A stretch of DNA of 64,000 bases from Paraspadella gotoi (lineage: Eukaryota > Animalia > Chaetognatha). The notes under the pieces were generated by a model that was not told the DNA's origin, searched no databases, and saw nothing but the letters and a program-made list of their open reading frames with translations. Location: positions 22,200,709-22,264,708 of the forward strand of contig CM119264.1 of NCBI GenBank assembly GCA_051294375.1, given 5' to 3'. Shown piece after piece: positions 42,815 to 57,549 of this stretch (positions are counted from its first letter, which is position 1; the number at the start of each line of letters is the position of its first letter). The position numbers and the translations under genes were made by a program.

Positions 42815-45024
42815 GTGAGTAGAAAATAATTAAGAAGCGATTGACAAAGTAATGATTCGTTTGTATTACGGTTTCTCTCTTTAAAAAAATTCGTATTGTC
42901 GGTTGTCTGCGTATTCTGCTCGATTTAGTCGCTTCGTTTAAATTTGCCAAAAACAGGCCAGTCGCGAAAGAGTAAATCATACGACCGTAAAGATTTAAAA
43001 AAAAAATCAATATTCAAGAAAAAAGTTTTAAAACAAATTTTCTTTGTTCGGGAAATAAATCGGCGAACGCGATTACATGAGTTCGCGGTGAAGCCATTGT
43101 CAGGACGTTGTCAGGCCGTTGTCAGTCCTTTGTCAAGCCGTCGTCAGGCAAAGAGGTAGGTCGTTGACGCGGGCGGGAATTTGTTTTGTTCAGAGCTGAA
43201 GACCAAACAAAACTTTTAGACGTTCCTTTCTCTCTCTTTCTTTCTTTCACCTTCTCTCGCATCCTTTGAAAATCCCCTGTCCTCTTTAACATTCTTCGAA
43301 CAGACTCACCCTCTCGTCATTCTAACTCACCCCACACTCTCCCCATTCCCTTCTCTCTCTTCCCATCGTTTCACATCTGACGACATCTCACATCTCACGA
43401 CCGCAAGCGAATTCGATTCGCTCGAGAATAAAAGGCAGAGAAATGGGGTTTTCATGTCGCTCGAACCCTTTCACCGGCCGGCACCGTGAAACCGAGATTC
43501 ACAGACACGATAGTGTCGCATAGAAACCTTACGATCGGGTCCCTGCTTTCGGTTAAAAGGGGGGAAGGGGGGGGAGAGGCAATTCGCTTTCACTTCCTCG
43601 TTCAACTTCCGGCGCTCACAGTCACAGTCTCACACTTCCGTGACACGACGTGCGTCGAAATTGTATCTTGACGTCTCTTTCTTTAAATTTTGATTTAAAA
43701 CCTTTATTTCACACATTTATTCAAATATACCTAATATCATATCTTAAATAACCTTTGAATCCTATATAACAGTTTGTCAAATACCACACATTTCTATTTA
43801 AAAGAGATTGAGAAGTGATATTATATTATGCATTAAAAAAAAACGAGAAAAAAAAATAGGAGAAAAAAATAGCACACATTCATAAAGGAAAGAAACGCTG
43901 ACCGATGAGAATTATATAGACACGATAAAGTTTATCCTTGATAGAGATATTGAATTGTTATTGTCTGCGCGAACACTTAAAAAAAATGCTCATTTCTAAT
44001 CTCTCTCTCTCTCTCTCTCTCTCTTTATCTCTTTCTCTTTCTCACTCAGAGATTTCTAGTAAAGGTTCTTCATTTCTAGCTTCAGGCTGTGACTTCAAGG
44101 TCTTTCGATGGCTACGACATAAAGGACTCGACTTCTGGACAGAAATCGAACAGAAAATGAAAAAAAAAAGACAAAAAAAAAAAAAGAAAAGGAGGGAGAA
44201 AAAAAGCCCAAGAAAGAACGAGGGACATAAATTATCAATCACTTTTAAAAATAAGCGGGCTTTTTTTTTAAAAAACTCGCGTATCATTAACAAATCGAGG
44301 TTGGAAATTAACTCATAACCGGCAACGTCGGGGGCGGAGAGAAGAAATTTGTTCGGGTCTGCAAGAAATCCTCCCAACGGGTCTGCAGACCCCGACAGCA
44401 ATAAACGTCAACCGTTGAGCGTCGCGCGCGCCGTCGCTCGCAGTTAACGCTGATGAGAAGAAGAGATAAGTGGAGGCGGGCGAGGGGGGGAGGAGAATGG
44501 CGGAAGAAAGACAAAAAAAGAGAGGAATAAGGAAAGAATTTATTTTTCTTGGTGAGAAATTGATCGAAAACTTAGTAGTTATTTCGAGACTTTGTTAATG
44601 ATGCGTTCCACGGTGTTATTCGTATATTATATTTCTGAGTGAAAAAAAAAAGATTTAAAGATAGTAGTATAATTAAGCGAAATTGGTTTTTTTTTGTTCA
44701 CAGAAAACAAATTCGTCGTCTGTAAACAAAATAAACAATTTCACCTAATTCTAATTTCAAATGACACGAAATGAAAAACTCGAAATAACAAGATAATAGT
44801 ATGAACAAAAATAACGAAAATATTTAAAATACAAGAAATGAAAAGAAAAGAAAATATGAAAAAAAGGGAAAAGAAAGAACCAAAGAAAGATTAGTTAAAA
44901 AGATAAAGATGCTCATTAAACACATCGTCTCCCATTTCTGTCGAATTCTTTGCTGACGAAGTTTGGATAAGAAATGATCCATCAGCGCTCGTAAGAGGAT
45001 ATGGAGCCAGTGGTAAGAATGAGG

Positions 45025-45156
<132 letters not shown>

Positions 45157-46075
45157 ATTCAGAATTAAAGAGAGATACTGGCATAATTTAAAGGCTGAGA
45201 TGTAACTAGTGAGAAAGGTGGAAAAACACAAAGCGAGAGACAGAGAGGCATGGGTGTAGCGCGATAGAGACAGAGATAAGAGAGGCGTGGGTGTAGCGCC
45301 AAATGCGGCGAAAGAGAGAAAGGGGAGGCAAACGATGTCGTTATTCATCCTTCAATCATTTCGTCGCACCTGAGACAGATATAGAACCAGATTTTTTTCC
45401 CTCCATTTTTTTTTTTTGCCTCATTTTTTATACTTTTAGTTTCATTTTTATTTTTTACCTTCAAGAAGAAAAAAAGGAATTGAAAAATTAATCACCATTT
45501 CGAATGAAAGAAACGTCGTTTATTTCGTGTCGGAGTCTCGTCTGTTTCTATTCACAACGAAAATCCTTTTTTTTTCCAACATCGTTGAACGCGAAAAAAA
45601 AAAACGTTCGTCTACTAATAATATTTCGGTTTAAATTATCATAATGTAAAAATAATTAGCCGAATTACGTGCGCGAATTTGTTGGAAAAGTTCCTCGTTT
45701 ATCGAGACTTTTCAGGACTGCGGGATTAAATTTTCATTTTGAGCCGGAACGATATTGAGCTTTGTTTACGTTTTTATAAACGTCTATTTCCTGGTTCGTA
45801 AAATTGTGTACTATTTTTAAAAGTGTTTTATTATCTTTATTATTTTTTTTTCCGCTCGATGACTCGCACTGATATAAGTCGTAGACGGAGAGAGAGAATT
45901 TCCACGGAGCCCCTAAAGTTTCTTCACTTTTAGAAAATCGGATCTTGGAACCGAAGCGATTTCCATTCCATCTCGGGAGAAATGATTTAGGCCGAAGGCT
46001 GAAGACGCATCGGCTCGGGGAAGGGCAACGCGGTGGGGGGTGAAGTAGGGTCTGGGGAGAGGATGATGGGGAGAA

Positions 46076-46297
46076 GAAAGAAAGAAAGAAAAAGTAAAAA
46101 AAAAGAAAGAAAGAAAGAAAGGAAAGAAAGGAAAGAAAGAAAGAAAGAAAGGAAAGAAAGGAAAGAAAAGAAAGGAAAGAAAGGAAAGAAAGAAAGGAAA
46201 GAAAGAAAAGAAAAGAAAAGAAAAGAAAAGAAAAGAAAAGAAAAGAAAAGAAAAGAAAAGAAAAGAAAAGAAAAGAAAAGAAAAGAAAGGAAAGAAA
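46076..46297. repeat. A/G-rich compound microsatellite incl. (AAAAG)n
   Basis: gaaa/aaaag runs. Confidence 0.9.
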
Positions 46298-46557
46298 CTG
46301 AGGACGAAAAGAAAACTAAAGAAGAGATAAAAATAAAGAAAAAACGATAGAAAGGAAGACCAAAGGAACAACTGAAGAAAGAAACAATAAAATGGAGAAA
46401 AGAGAGAATTGTGAAGAGAAATAGAGAGAGATAAAGTGAGAGCAAAGAATAGATGGAGGAATGCGAAAAACGGATTAAAGGAAAAAAGGGTTTTGAGGAT
46501 TGGCGAAAAGAATTGGTCCAAGAGAAGAATGGGAGAGAGGGAGAGGAGAGAGAAAGG

Positions 46558-46607
<50 letters not shown>

Positions 46608-48251
46608 GAGAGAGAGAGAGAGAGAGAGAGACAGAAGATGATTTCGTGGTGGGAACGGCAAGGACGGAGATATTGAGGAAACAGAAATGAAGAGGAGAAA
46701 TGATAAATCAAAATGGAATAAATTTTGTGAAAGAATAAATCCGGTTTTCCAGAGTGCTTGGAAATAAAATGCAATAAAGTGTTCTTATTAATAAATTTCT
46801 ATAAATTAAGTGTAATGAATGAATTTAAAATTGAATGAAAGAATAAATTATTGATTGAACGAAATAATAAATGAATGAAAAAATGATTTAATGAACGAAT
46901 GAATGAACGAATCCTTACTCCAGATAGGCAAGTAAGAAGTCCGTAGGCCGTTGCGCTATGATATTCTGGAAAGAAAACCATCATTTCCTTCCCTTAAAAA
47001 ATCAATTAATTTTGAAAGGGATAGAGTTTAGCCTCGCTACCTCCTTCTTTCGCTCAATATCGAGTAATGAAACCCCTTAAAAAGAAAAAACGCTCCCGAA
47101 ATAGATCCAAAATAGATCCCAAGAAAAATTGTTTTTGGTAGGAACCGGTTCCCGGAGTCCTCTCACAAAACATTAGAGTTTCTAAAAAAAAAAAGGAAAT
47201 CGTGATACAAAAAAAAAAAGCGCAAAAAAGGTTGTTTTCTTTGTTGTTGTTGTTATCGGTATTCTTGCGAATTTTACTCAAAAAGACAAAACCTTTTTAA
47301 CATCTGCATATACCAATAAAGCCGATTGTATTATTTTTTTTCTTTTATATTTTTTCTGGTTTGCAAAATAACTTGTTTTTATTTACATTCAGTGATTCAA
47401 CAACGATTAATTTTAACACAACGAAAGAAAAGAAACAATACATCTTTATTCTCATATAACTTGTAAGTCTTGTTTAAAATCGTTTGTATAAAATTTTTTT
47501 TCATGTTTCATCCAATATTTTTCATGTTTTTTTATTTTTTTACCTTTTTCTTTCTTTCTTTTTTCCCCACTTTCTTGTTTTCCTCGACGCATATCACAAT
47601 TATCACATGGTTTTACAAAACTATTGAGCTTAATCTTTTATTCCTTCTCCTTGTTTTGATAAAATATTCAGCGTAGAATTCTTCTCGCTTGTCCGTTTGC
47701 GTGAGACGAGATATGTTTACTTTTACATATTTAACGGTTATAAAATATTCTTTATCGTCTATCTTAACGAGGGAAACAAGTTTTGTATAATTTTTTTTTA
47801 TAAACATGACACGAAACAGCTTTTTCTATATAAATGATAAATTATGCAAATATTTCGATTCATTTCCTTCTTTTTAACAAAGATATTTTTTTTTTTACAT
47901 ATCCTTTCATTCTTTTCATTTTCATCTCTCTATTTTCTGGCTTCTTCGGTTCCTGGATCCCTTTTCATCCGTGTTCTTTTGTTCTCTCCTTCATTCTTTT
48001 CCATTTCTTCCTTGATCCGGGTGAATACTGAGCCCTGGTCACTTCTTCCAACAAAGAAGTATGAAGACAGAAACTGGATTAAGGGAGCTGGTTAGATATC
48101 TTTGTCACTGAATATAGGACCAGATTTAGACACAAATGACGAGGAATCAGTGTTGATAAGGATAAATACAAAATACCTCCTCAGCCAATCAAGTGTTGTA
48201 GGAAAAATGTTATATGAAATTGGTACAATTGGTACAACCAATATAATATAT

Positions 48252-48485
48252 TATGGTGGACTAAAATCCACCAACCGTTCATCAGCGGCCATTGGTGCCG
48301 GAGGCAAGTCATTCGCCTCCCAACCCAAAGGTCCGGGGTTCTATCCCGGTGGTCGCCTAACAGTTAAGAGGGACGGGGCGCTTAACCCGCCTATAACATG
48401 GTGTTACAGCCTGATCCGAAGCTCAGGGACTGCTTATATTTATCGGTTCTGTCACTAACACAAAACAATAATTACTGTCTCTTCA
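48252..48485 (+). mobile_element. tRNA-derived SINE-like element, copy 3 (full length)
   Basis: Head 48285-48356: acceptor stem GCGGCCA/TGGTCGC, A-box-like TGGTGCCGGAGG, CCC anticodon-like loop, T arm CCGGG-GTTCTAT-CCCGG (B-box-like). Flanked by near-direct repeat aatatattat/aatatgttat. Confidence 0.8.
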
Positions 48486-48981
48486 ATATGTTATTTATTA
48501 ACATGAAACACTTCCGATCTTTTCATTCTTTCTCCAAATTAAAACCCTCCGCACATTATAGTTCGCAGCCACGAAGACTTTTTTTTAAAATAATTATTTC
48601 TTCCAACTCGTAACGACCTTTTCTCTTCTTTGAAATTCCGCTCCAAATTATCGAGCTCACGGTCGATGCGACGCGACGGGATTTTATTTCCCTCTCCCCG
48701 TCAGATTTATCGTTTTTCAAAGGCTATACCGCGTATTAATTACTCTCTCTCTCCCTCTCCCTCTCTCTCTCTCATTCTCATATTAACTGTATGTACGTAA
48801 AAACATAAAGGTTCGCTTGTTCCATCACTTTTTTCGGTTAATTTTTCACCTTTTTATGTTTTTTTTTTAATCGCCTCTTAGGTTTATTCTTAATTCTTTT
48901 GTAGAGGATTAAAAAATTATTTATTCATTTACTTACGATAAATTTTAATACTCGCAACCTGCCTTTGTTTTGGGTGCTCCA

Positions 48982-49016
<35 letters not shown>

Positions 49017-49407
49017 AAACTTGAAATTTGAGCGTTGAATGGTTTCCGCCCCCAAACGACCGTTAACGAAAATCACGTCGTAAAAAGGTGTTTAGACGAC
49101 GAATTAACAATAAAGACGACAGCGCAGGAGGAAGAGGTGGCGCTCTATCGACGTTGCACCCCAACGTGGCACCCAACGTGTCACCCCACCTTCCTGAAAA
49201 CGATTGGCCAAAGGAGTGGCTAATCGTTTGGAGTGGCAGGAGGAAAGGGAGAGAAGGATAGACAATAGTTCTTCACTTTTCTGCTCCTCGCCTTTTCCTT
49301 TTTCTCTCTCGTTTTTCACACGCCATAAGACAAGAAAATATTGAGAAATGATGACAGCGAATGTCTTGACTCGCTTCTCTGATTACTGATAAGGGGAGGG
49401 GGGGAGG

Positions 49408-49469
<62 letters not shown>

Positions 49470-50716
49470 AAGAGAGAGAGAGAGCGCAAAGTCAAGTAGG
49501 AGAAAGCCGATAATACAAATCAAATAAAGCGTTAAACAGAAGGAAACAAGTACTCTCTTTGTTCTAGTTAAACTCTATGTTATCTGTAATACAAAATTTT
49601 AAAGCATCGACGAATTTGTAATATAGTTATAATTTTTTCATGTTAACATCCGAAATCAGAATTTTAAACAATACCTCTCGAAAATAATTTTAAAGAAAAA
49701 ACAAAAACACATATATAAATAACTCAAAACGGCAATGGGATGATTGACGTGTCTTTTTTGTTTTGTTTCTTTTTCTTGCGTTGGCATAATCGCGTTTCCG
49801 CTTCGTGCGCATATGTTATCCTGCCCTTTTGTTTCGGTGAATCAGGCAAAATAGGCGGCGCTGCTATAAAGCGACACGAAAAATAAATAAAATGTTTTGT
49901 TTTTTGTCATTCTGAATTTTCATTAAAACCATGTTTGGTCCAAAATGAAAGGTTAAAGGTTTAAAGGTTAATAGTCGAAATAACATTGCAATTCTCTGAA
50001 TGTATGAATTTAATAGTATATCAAATCGCAAAATATAATATACAATTTTTTGAAGAAAGAGAAAAAAACGAGCGTGAAAAACGAGCGAAACATAAATGGG
50101 GACGCGTAACTGAAGAGCGAGTTTTATCCGCCGAAAGTAAAATTCTTATCCTTCCATCACTTCTCGTCACGTGACTTCCGCTTCCAATTTAAAGTTTTCG
50201 CTGTTATGATGTTGCTTGATTCGGCATTGGGCAAGAACGTTTATTTATTAAATAAATGGATAATTTTATATTGAAAATAATGAAAAAAAAAAGTTATTGT
50301 AAATAGAACATTTAAAGATGCGCCAAATAAATGCAACTATCCAATCCAGAAAAATACCAGTCTCGCCATCTGGACAAGAGAATAACAGACCAGCCGAATG
50401 AAAATAAAAATATCGCGAGCGCCATCAGGACATAAAATTTCCGCCCGCTGTTTATTGATCACTTTCCACGAATCCCTGGGCCTTTTTTATTTCTTTTTGC
50501 TTTTAGATGCTGCGGACAATGGATGCTTTTTCTTTTATCTTCTTTTTTTTCTTTATTCCGTAAAAAAAAACACTTTTCGTGGAGACCATAAAAAAGTTCT
50601 TTTGCTTCTGCGTTCGTTCTGAGATTTTTTCCGATTTGTTATATTTTTAAGGAGCACAATTTAAATATATAAGGAAAAAGTTCTCCATTATTCAACTTTC
50701 TCATCCAAAACTTCTT

Positions 50717-50781
<65 letters not shown>

Positions 50782-51824
50782 ATAGGTTTGGAAACACTCC
50801 AATTATGCTAAGTGAACTGGGGAGAGAATCGGATGTTCGTTTCAGGGGGTGAGATGTTTATGTTGTCCTAAACGCGTTTCTCTCTCTCTCAACCTCTCTC
50901 CCATCGCCCAATCTCTCGCCCCTCTCTCTCTTTCGTCGCTCTCTCCCTCTCTTTCTCTCTCTCCCTCCTTCAATGGCGGATAAACCGAAGACAAGGCGGA
51001 AGAATAAACGGCGTAGAGTCAAAAGAGGCGGGAGTCACATTAACGGATAATTCGTGCATGATGCGTCCCATTTTTTAAGGCTATTATTTAGTCAATAAAG
51101 ATAAAATTTTTCTAACAAAAGATTTTTTATTTTATTTCTGATACCAATTATAAAATAAAATTATTCTTACGTCAAAATTAATCAAATACTACATCAAATA
51201 ACAAATGAAAAATAATCATCAGCTCATTGTATTTCAAGGTTAGCGTGGAGTAACCACTAACCATTATATTCCCTATCTAATACTTGAAGGAGTGATCCTA
51301 AAAGACGGAAATTGAGTCTCAACCTTAATTATTAAATAAATATATTATTTTATATTGCTCGTACCAGTTTAATAAGTAATTTAGAGATGCAACTGCTCCT
51401 TCACGCTCCTCAAAATGCCGGGAGATCATTTTTTACAGCCTCTGCCGCGGAGAGTCACGTCAAAGAAAAGGTCGTTGCTCCAAATGAAAACAAATCATCC
51501 CTTCTATTTTTGAGTCAAAGCGCGAATTAAAAAAAAACGTGTGGGAGAAAACAGATGTGCTCAGTATGCTTAACCCATAGTTTATTCTTATTGGACGTCA
51601 AAACTTCGGCAGTCTGTGATAAATTTTATTTATAATTCGTCTCAAGCCGCTTTAGCTAGTTCGTTTTTACTAGACTCTTATCCGTGATAAAAAAGATTTA
51701 TAAATCACGTGATATGCTCTGATAACTACGTAATTATTGCCATTATTAATCCTTTTTCTCGCTTTCTCTCCCAAAAATCCCGAGCGTCAAATTTTGAGAT
51801 CTCTTGGCACCACAATGAGAAGGA

Positions 51825-51884
<60 letters not shown>

Positions 51885-53222
51885 GAGAGAGAGGAGGAGA
51901 GAGAGCAGAGAAGAGAGAAGGAGAGAGACGAGAGAGAGAAGAGATGATGAGAGAGAGAGAGAGAGAAAGTGAATGTCGCCAAGAATGATGTCACTGCGGG
52001 GGTTAAGGGTCACATAAAAGAGGCATAAAAACCATCCCGAGATCCTCGATCAACTTGATATCCGCTCCGATTAACGATCAAAACTTTTTTTTCTCCCTTC
52101 GAGTTTTCTTCGAGTCCAAAGACTCCATTAAGGACAGAGGATCATATTTTGATAAAGTAGCCATTTTCGCCGAGAATAAATTTATACTTCTTTTCTTTTT
52201 TTTTTTTTTCTTGAGAAGAAATAGTGGAGTTTGAGCGCGAGAATAAATATGAGGTCACATTAAAGGACGAAGAAAACTCCCTATGTTTTCGAGAATTTAA
52301 AAAATGAATCCTCGGCTGTACTAAATTTAACATTATTCTTGTCTATTGTTTCGACTTTCGAGATTCACAAACTTTCGTCTTACTTTTTTGTTTATTTTTC
52401 TGCCTTCGACGACGACGACGACAACGACGACGACTGTGACGACGACGACCCTCCATTTACTTAGTGTTAATCGAAACGAAGAAAAACGAGAAAAGGGAAT
52501 AAAAAAGGGGGCGGGGTTTAAGCCCGGGAATTTAAGGCGGCGGAAATTAAGGCCGTGGTATTTAGTGTCGTCGCTTTTTCGAGGTTACGCGCGTCAAGAG
52601 TTTAGGCCAATGGGATGAGACCAAATTTGAGATTTAGTGCTGAAGTTATTTGCAGTTCAAATAACTTTACTGATAATAAAAATAACGAACTCGGGAGGTT
52701 TTTTTTTAGTCTTCAGCCTTAAAGTGACCAGAAAAGCTTAAGATTCAGGCCGAAGTTGGACAGTTCTGGAAGAAAAAATAGTTCTTACCAGCGTGGTCTT
52801 TGAAGCGTTTTCTTTATTTTTTAAAAACGCATATATGTAAATAAATTAGTGTGTCAAGTTAATTTATTTATTAATTTACTAATAGTTATTATAAGTTTTA
52901 TTTTGTCTAAAAAATTGAATGTAAACTAAGAACCGTCGACGGTAATCTCGCCCAAAACGTTCCCTCTCGCCGACGCCATCTTCGCCCGCATCTTCCCCTC
53001 ATCTTTGCCGACTCCGCCGCCGACGCGACCACGCAGCAAACGCCGTCCTCGCCCCGGAAATCGCCACGCCCCCCTACCCTTTTTCCCGTCGTCAACGTCA
53101 ACGGGTCGGAAAAAAAAATGAAGTCTGGAGAAACGAAAAGATTCGTCCTTCCGGTCGCGAGGATCAGGGAAGACCGAGGGAGGGAAGGCGTGAGTGAATT
53201 GGAAGGACCTATTTGAGGACGG

Positions 53223-53302
<80 letters not shown>

Positions 53303-53421
53303 GCGACAACTTTGATCACAATGTTTATGACTATAGGGATGAACTGAGAAAACTGACGGCAAAAGCAACGATGATAACAATAACTTTTTTCTAAGCGTAA
53401 ACAAGTTCGAATCGTTTATCC

Positions 53422-53460
<39 letters not shown>

Positions 53461-56400
53461 TCGTGGACCTCAACACCAAGTCGATGAAAGAAACTGTGGA
53501 ACGATTAATGGGACATCCCACTTCGACGAGCAGAAGACGACAACCACGATGACGAAGATGATGACGACGACGACCAAGGCTCGGGAGACGAAGAAGATTT
53601 ATAAAAAAAGACCGGACTTAAGAACAAGTTCGAACTGAAGATGTGTTTCCTTTTATTCTGTTATGTTTTCCTTTTCTTGGGCGAGAAAATTTGGTGTAAG
53701 ATTTATTCCCATCTTTTTTTTTCGCGCGCGCGAAAACTACATTCGCGGGAAAAAGCCATTTTGTTGGATGGCATCCTTTGAGTATCGGCGGAACATATCA
53801 TCTACGGCGTTGCTGGAGAATCTCGGCGCAGCTGGCATGTTTGAAGCTGCTTGACGCGTCGCTCGGAAATGAACCCGAGACGGTCTTTCCGCTCTACTTG
53901 CGATTGACGTCGTCGACTTCCGGTTTTCTCTTTACTACGTCCCTGAGGCGCCGCCGAAGGCAACGGCGTCGGCCGCCAGAAACGCCGTCGGAACCGGCCC
54001 CGCCCACGCAGCCGCTAAAGAGAACTGACAACCGACGCCAACGTTACGCCGATTAGTATAACATAAGTCCAAAGTCAGGGGCAAGATAGCTTATTTATTA
54101 AATGAATGAATAATTTTTATATTGGTAGTACCAATTTTATATTATGTTATATTCATACATTTATATTTATTTTTAAATAAAAAAATTGTAAGACTAATAT
54201 AGTAAAACAAGTAATCTTGCAATTATTCATAGAATACTGTATTAAGCAATTCTAAACTCTTCATCCTATACATTACTAGTACAAATACTACGGCAAAAAA
54301 TCAGTATAAAAAGTGGTATAAAACTAATCCTATGACACCAATTTGAGCCACTCTTCGGCCGCTCACACCGCCCTTAACACTCCTATCCACTCTTATCCCG
54401 CTTTCACTCTCGTTCGCTTCGCCGATTAAACATCGACCCAATTCTCGTTCCCTCTTCATCTCCCCCCCCCCATCGCTCCCCCTCCAACGGTCACGGTCAG
54501 AGTAAACATATTACGTGTATGAAAGGGGCATCACTGCAACAGGCAGCGGATCGTGTGATGTGAATCTTTGCGGCGTCATGGTTACCCGTTTACGTAATGC
54601 ATATTTGTTTTATCAATTTTAAATTATATCAACTAAATAGATTCCAAACTCAACGCTCGCTATAGATTAACAACTGATAAATATATCGCAAATTGACTTT
54701 CATAATAAAAATTGAACAAAGTACACCCGTTATCCCGCGCACTATTGCGCAATGCGCATGCGCCCAAGATTAATACGCGCGCCATCGCGCACATTCGCTT
54801 TACATTAAACGAAATTTCGCCTTTTGTTTCTTCTCGATTCGACGGAGAGAAACGTGGGGGATTTGAATCGGAGGCGGGGGAAATCACGACTTCGGCGCCT
54901 CTGGTGGCGGCGTTGAGAAACTGAGACCGAAAGAAAATGGGGCCGAAATCAAGTTGAGTACTGACTCTTTTTTATTTTTGGTTCTTGCGGGAAACGAATA
55001 AATTGGAATTGGCAGAACCGTTCCAGAGCGGGGTCAACGATTATTTTATTGCCAAAAAACGGAAAGTTATTTGCGGGGAGGAAAATGTATTGCGCAATCA
55101 TAGATATTTTTTTCATATTGCTCTTATAGACATGAAAAAAAAACTGAAAAAATAATTTAATAAATTACATATTCAATATATGTACATAAATTTACATGAA
55201 TAACCCAGAAACTCGCCCTGGTTCGTCCCAACTCCTCAGAGTTCGTCCAGTGTTTTTTTTTCTCCCATTTTCTGACAAACGTCTCAAAACTCGGGTTGAG
55301 ACGCCGGCGGGGTTTATCGCACCATCTTCTCCCATCTCGGCCTCCGCCGATTTACATCCGGCAGCCGACGTCACCGCCGCAACGACGCCCCCGTCCCCCA
55401 TCGACCGACCCGCCGCAGATTCTTCGCCCGTTGCCGACTCCGCCGCCCGCCGCAGCCGCGCCGCCCGGCGCCATCCGCCGCCGATTTCTTCTCTTCCGCC
55501 GGTCGCATAAATCTCCCGCCTTTCCTTTCGAGGATCGAGTATCGATAGAGGGATCGGGGAAAGAAGGAAAGATGAGGGGATCGAAACTGAGGAGAGGGAA
55601 GGGGATTAAGGGAAGAGAAAAAAGAATTCAGAGAATATGGAAATATGAGAGGATCGATAAGGATGGGAGGGAATGCTGAGGAAAAGAAATTGGCAAGAAA
55701 GAAAAGATACTAGGAAAAAAAGTTGGCGTTAGAGGGGATAAAGTAAAAAGGGATTTGGAATTTGAAATTTGGGTGAAGGAAATATGAGGAGATGAAAAAG
55801 GAGTCGAGGAAAGAAAAAGGATTGAGGTTGAGAAGGAAATATGAATCGAGAGGGGGAAGGGTGAAAGAATAGATTTTAGACAACAGAAGGGAAATAGGAT
55901 TCGAGTGAGAAAATAACAAAAATTGATGCGAAGGCGAGAGGAATGAGAAATAACTGCTGAAGCCAAAAGCTTTCAAGAAGATCGGGCGATGGTCAATGGT
56001 CTTGGGTTCAAGTGCAGTTTGAGAGACTCGGTGATTGTCGGTATCCAATTTGAGTGTCGCTGCGTCTCGTGATGAATGTCCCACTCCCTGACGATTTATT
56101 TCTTCCCATCATCAGTCTGTTTTTGACACGTNNNNNNNNNNNNNNNNNNNNNNNNNTTAAGGTTAAACAATAGAAATGGTGAAATGGTGTATGAAAATTA
56201 GCAAAATTACTTTTTCACTATTTTAAGTCTTAATTTTATAATATTCATTAAAATTATATATTACAAATTCTATATTTTTTTTAATTATTATTATTATTAT
56301 TGTTATTATTATAATATTATTATTATTATTTTATTATTATTATATTATTATTATATATTATTATTATTTATTATTATTATTATTATTATATCATTAATCT

Positions 56401-57051
56401 TTCCTCTGTTTCCGGTTTATTCATCTGTGATAATATTATACTATTTTTTATTAATTTTGGTTTTTGATAATCTAAATCTGAAAACATTGTATTATTAATG
56501 GGTTCGTGAGTGTTGTTTCGGAAATAAAGGGTGCATCTATACAACACAAGGTTATATTACTTCCTGCCCTAGTTTTCTAAATAATATCACTCATTATTTA
56601 TGTAAGAAAATCATTAATTGAAACCTATAATATCTAAAAACGGCCGAACAGAAAGGTGTGGAAAGGGTAATTTTTTTGGGGGACAAGGTTTATGTGTTTG
56701 ATTTTTTTTTTTTAATTTTTCTTAAGGGATAAGACCTACGAAGTAGTATATTTTTGGTGGTTTTCTAAAAACTTTTACCAACTAAACGATTTCTAAGAGA
56801 GAAAAGAAAAAAGGAAGTGGGACGGATAGACTGAGACGGAGGGGGGGCCCCAAAAAGGTACTTTTTTCCACCTTTATTTTTTCTTTTCTCCCTTTAAATC
56901 CTTTTAAGTCCGTGGGTGTAAAGGGCCTCGGCTTTCTCGTAAAAACAATGTTATGAAAGAAATAAAAAAGAAGAGACGGGACGGGACAGAAAAAAAGATG
57001 GATGAATGTATCTCTGTGGTGAAGATTGTGGGCATTCCAGTGATTCTTTCT

Positions 57052-57090
<39 letters not shown>

Positions 57091-57144
57091 TCTCTCTTCT
57101 CTCTCTCTTCTCTCTTCTCTTTCCTCTCTCTTTTTCGCTCTTCG

Positions 57145-57477
57145 GCACTTTCCTTATCCTTCCTATGATTACTACATAGTAACCGCAAAAGGAATACACT
57201 TACCCGTTACCGGTCGTAAGGGAAGTCGACTACTCTTTTTTTCTACCAATTATCAAACCGCTGCTCTTCCTCTCTCTCTCTTCTCTCTCTACTCTCTCTC
57301 TCTCTCCTCTCTCTCTCTCTCCTCTCCCTCTCTCTCTCTCTCTCTTCTCCTTCCCTCTCTTTTTCACGCCACTTTCCTTAATCCTCCCTATGATACCTAC
57401 ATAGTAACCCGCAAAGGGAATACCATACGTAAGGAGATCGATCTACTCTCTTTTCTTACCAATTTTCAACCTTGCTG

Positions 57478-57480
<3 letters not shown>
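57145..57480. repeat. ~225-bp tandem duplication bounded by CT tracts (indel-rich)
   Basis: cactttcctta...ctacatagtaaccgcaaa...ctactct...gctgctc at ~57146-57267 and ~57370-57480. Confidence 0.75.

Positions 57481-57549
<69 letters not shown>

Noticed and set aside
48285-48356. Functional tRNA-Gly gene (also 14110-14181)
   Set aside because: The anticodon stem does not pair, and the sequence is embedded in a longer dispersed repeat, so it is a SINE head.
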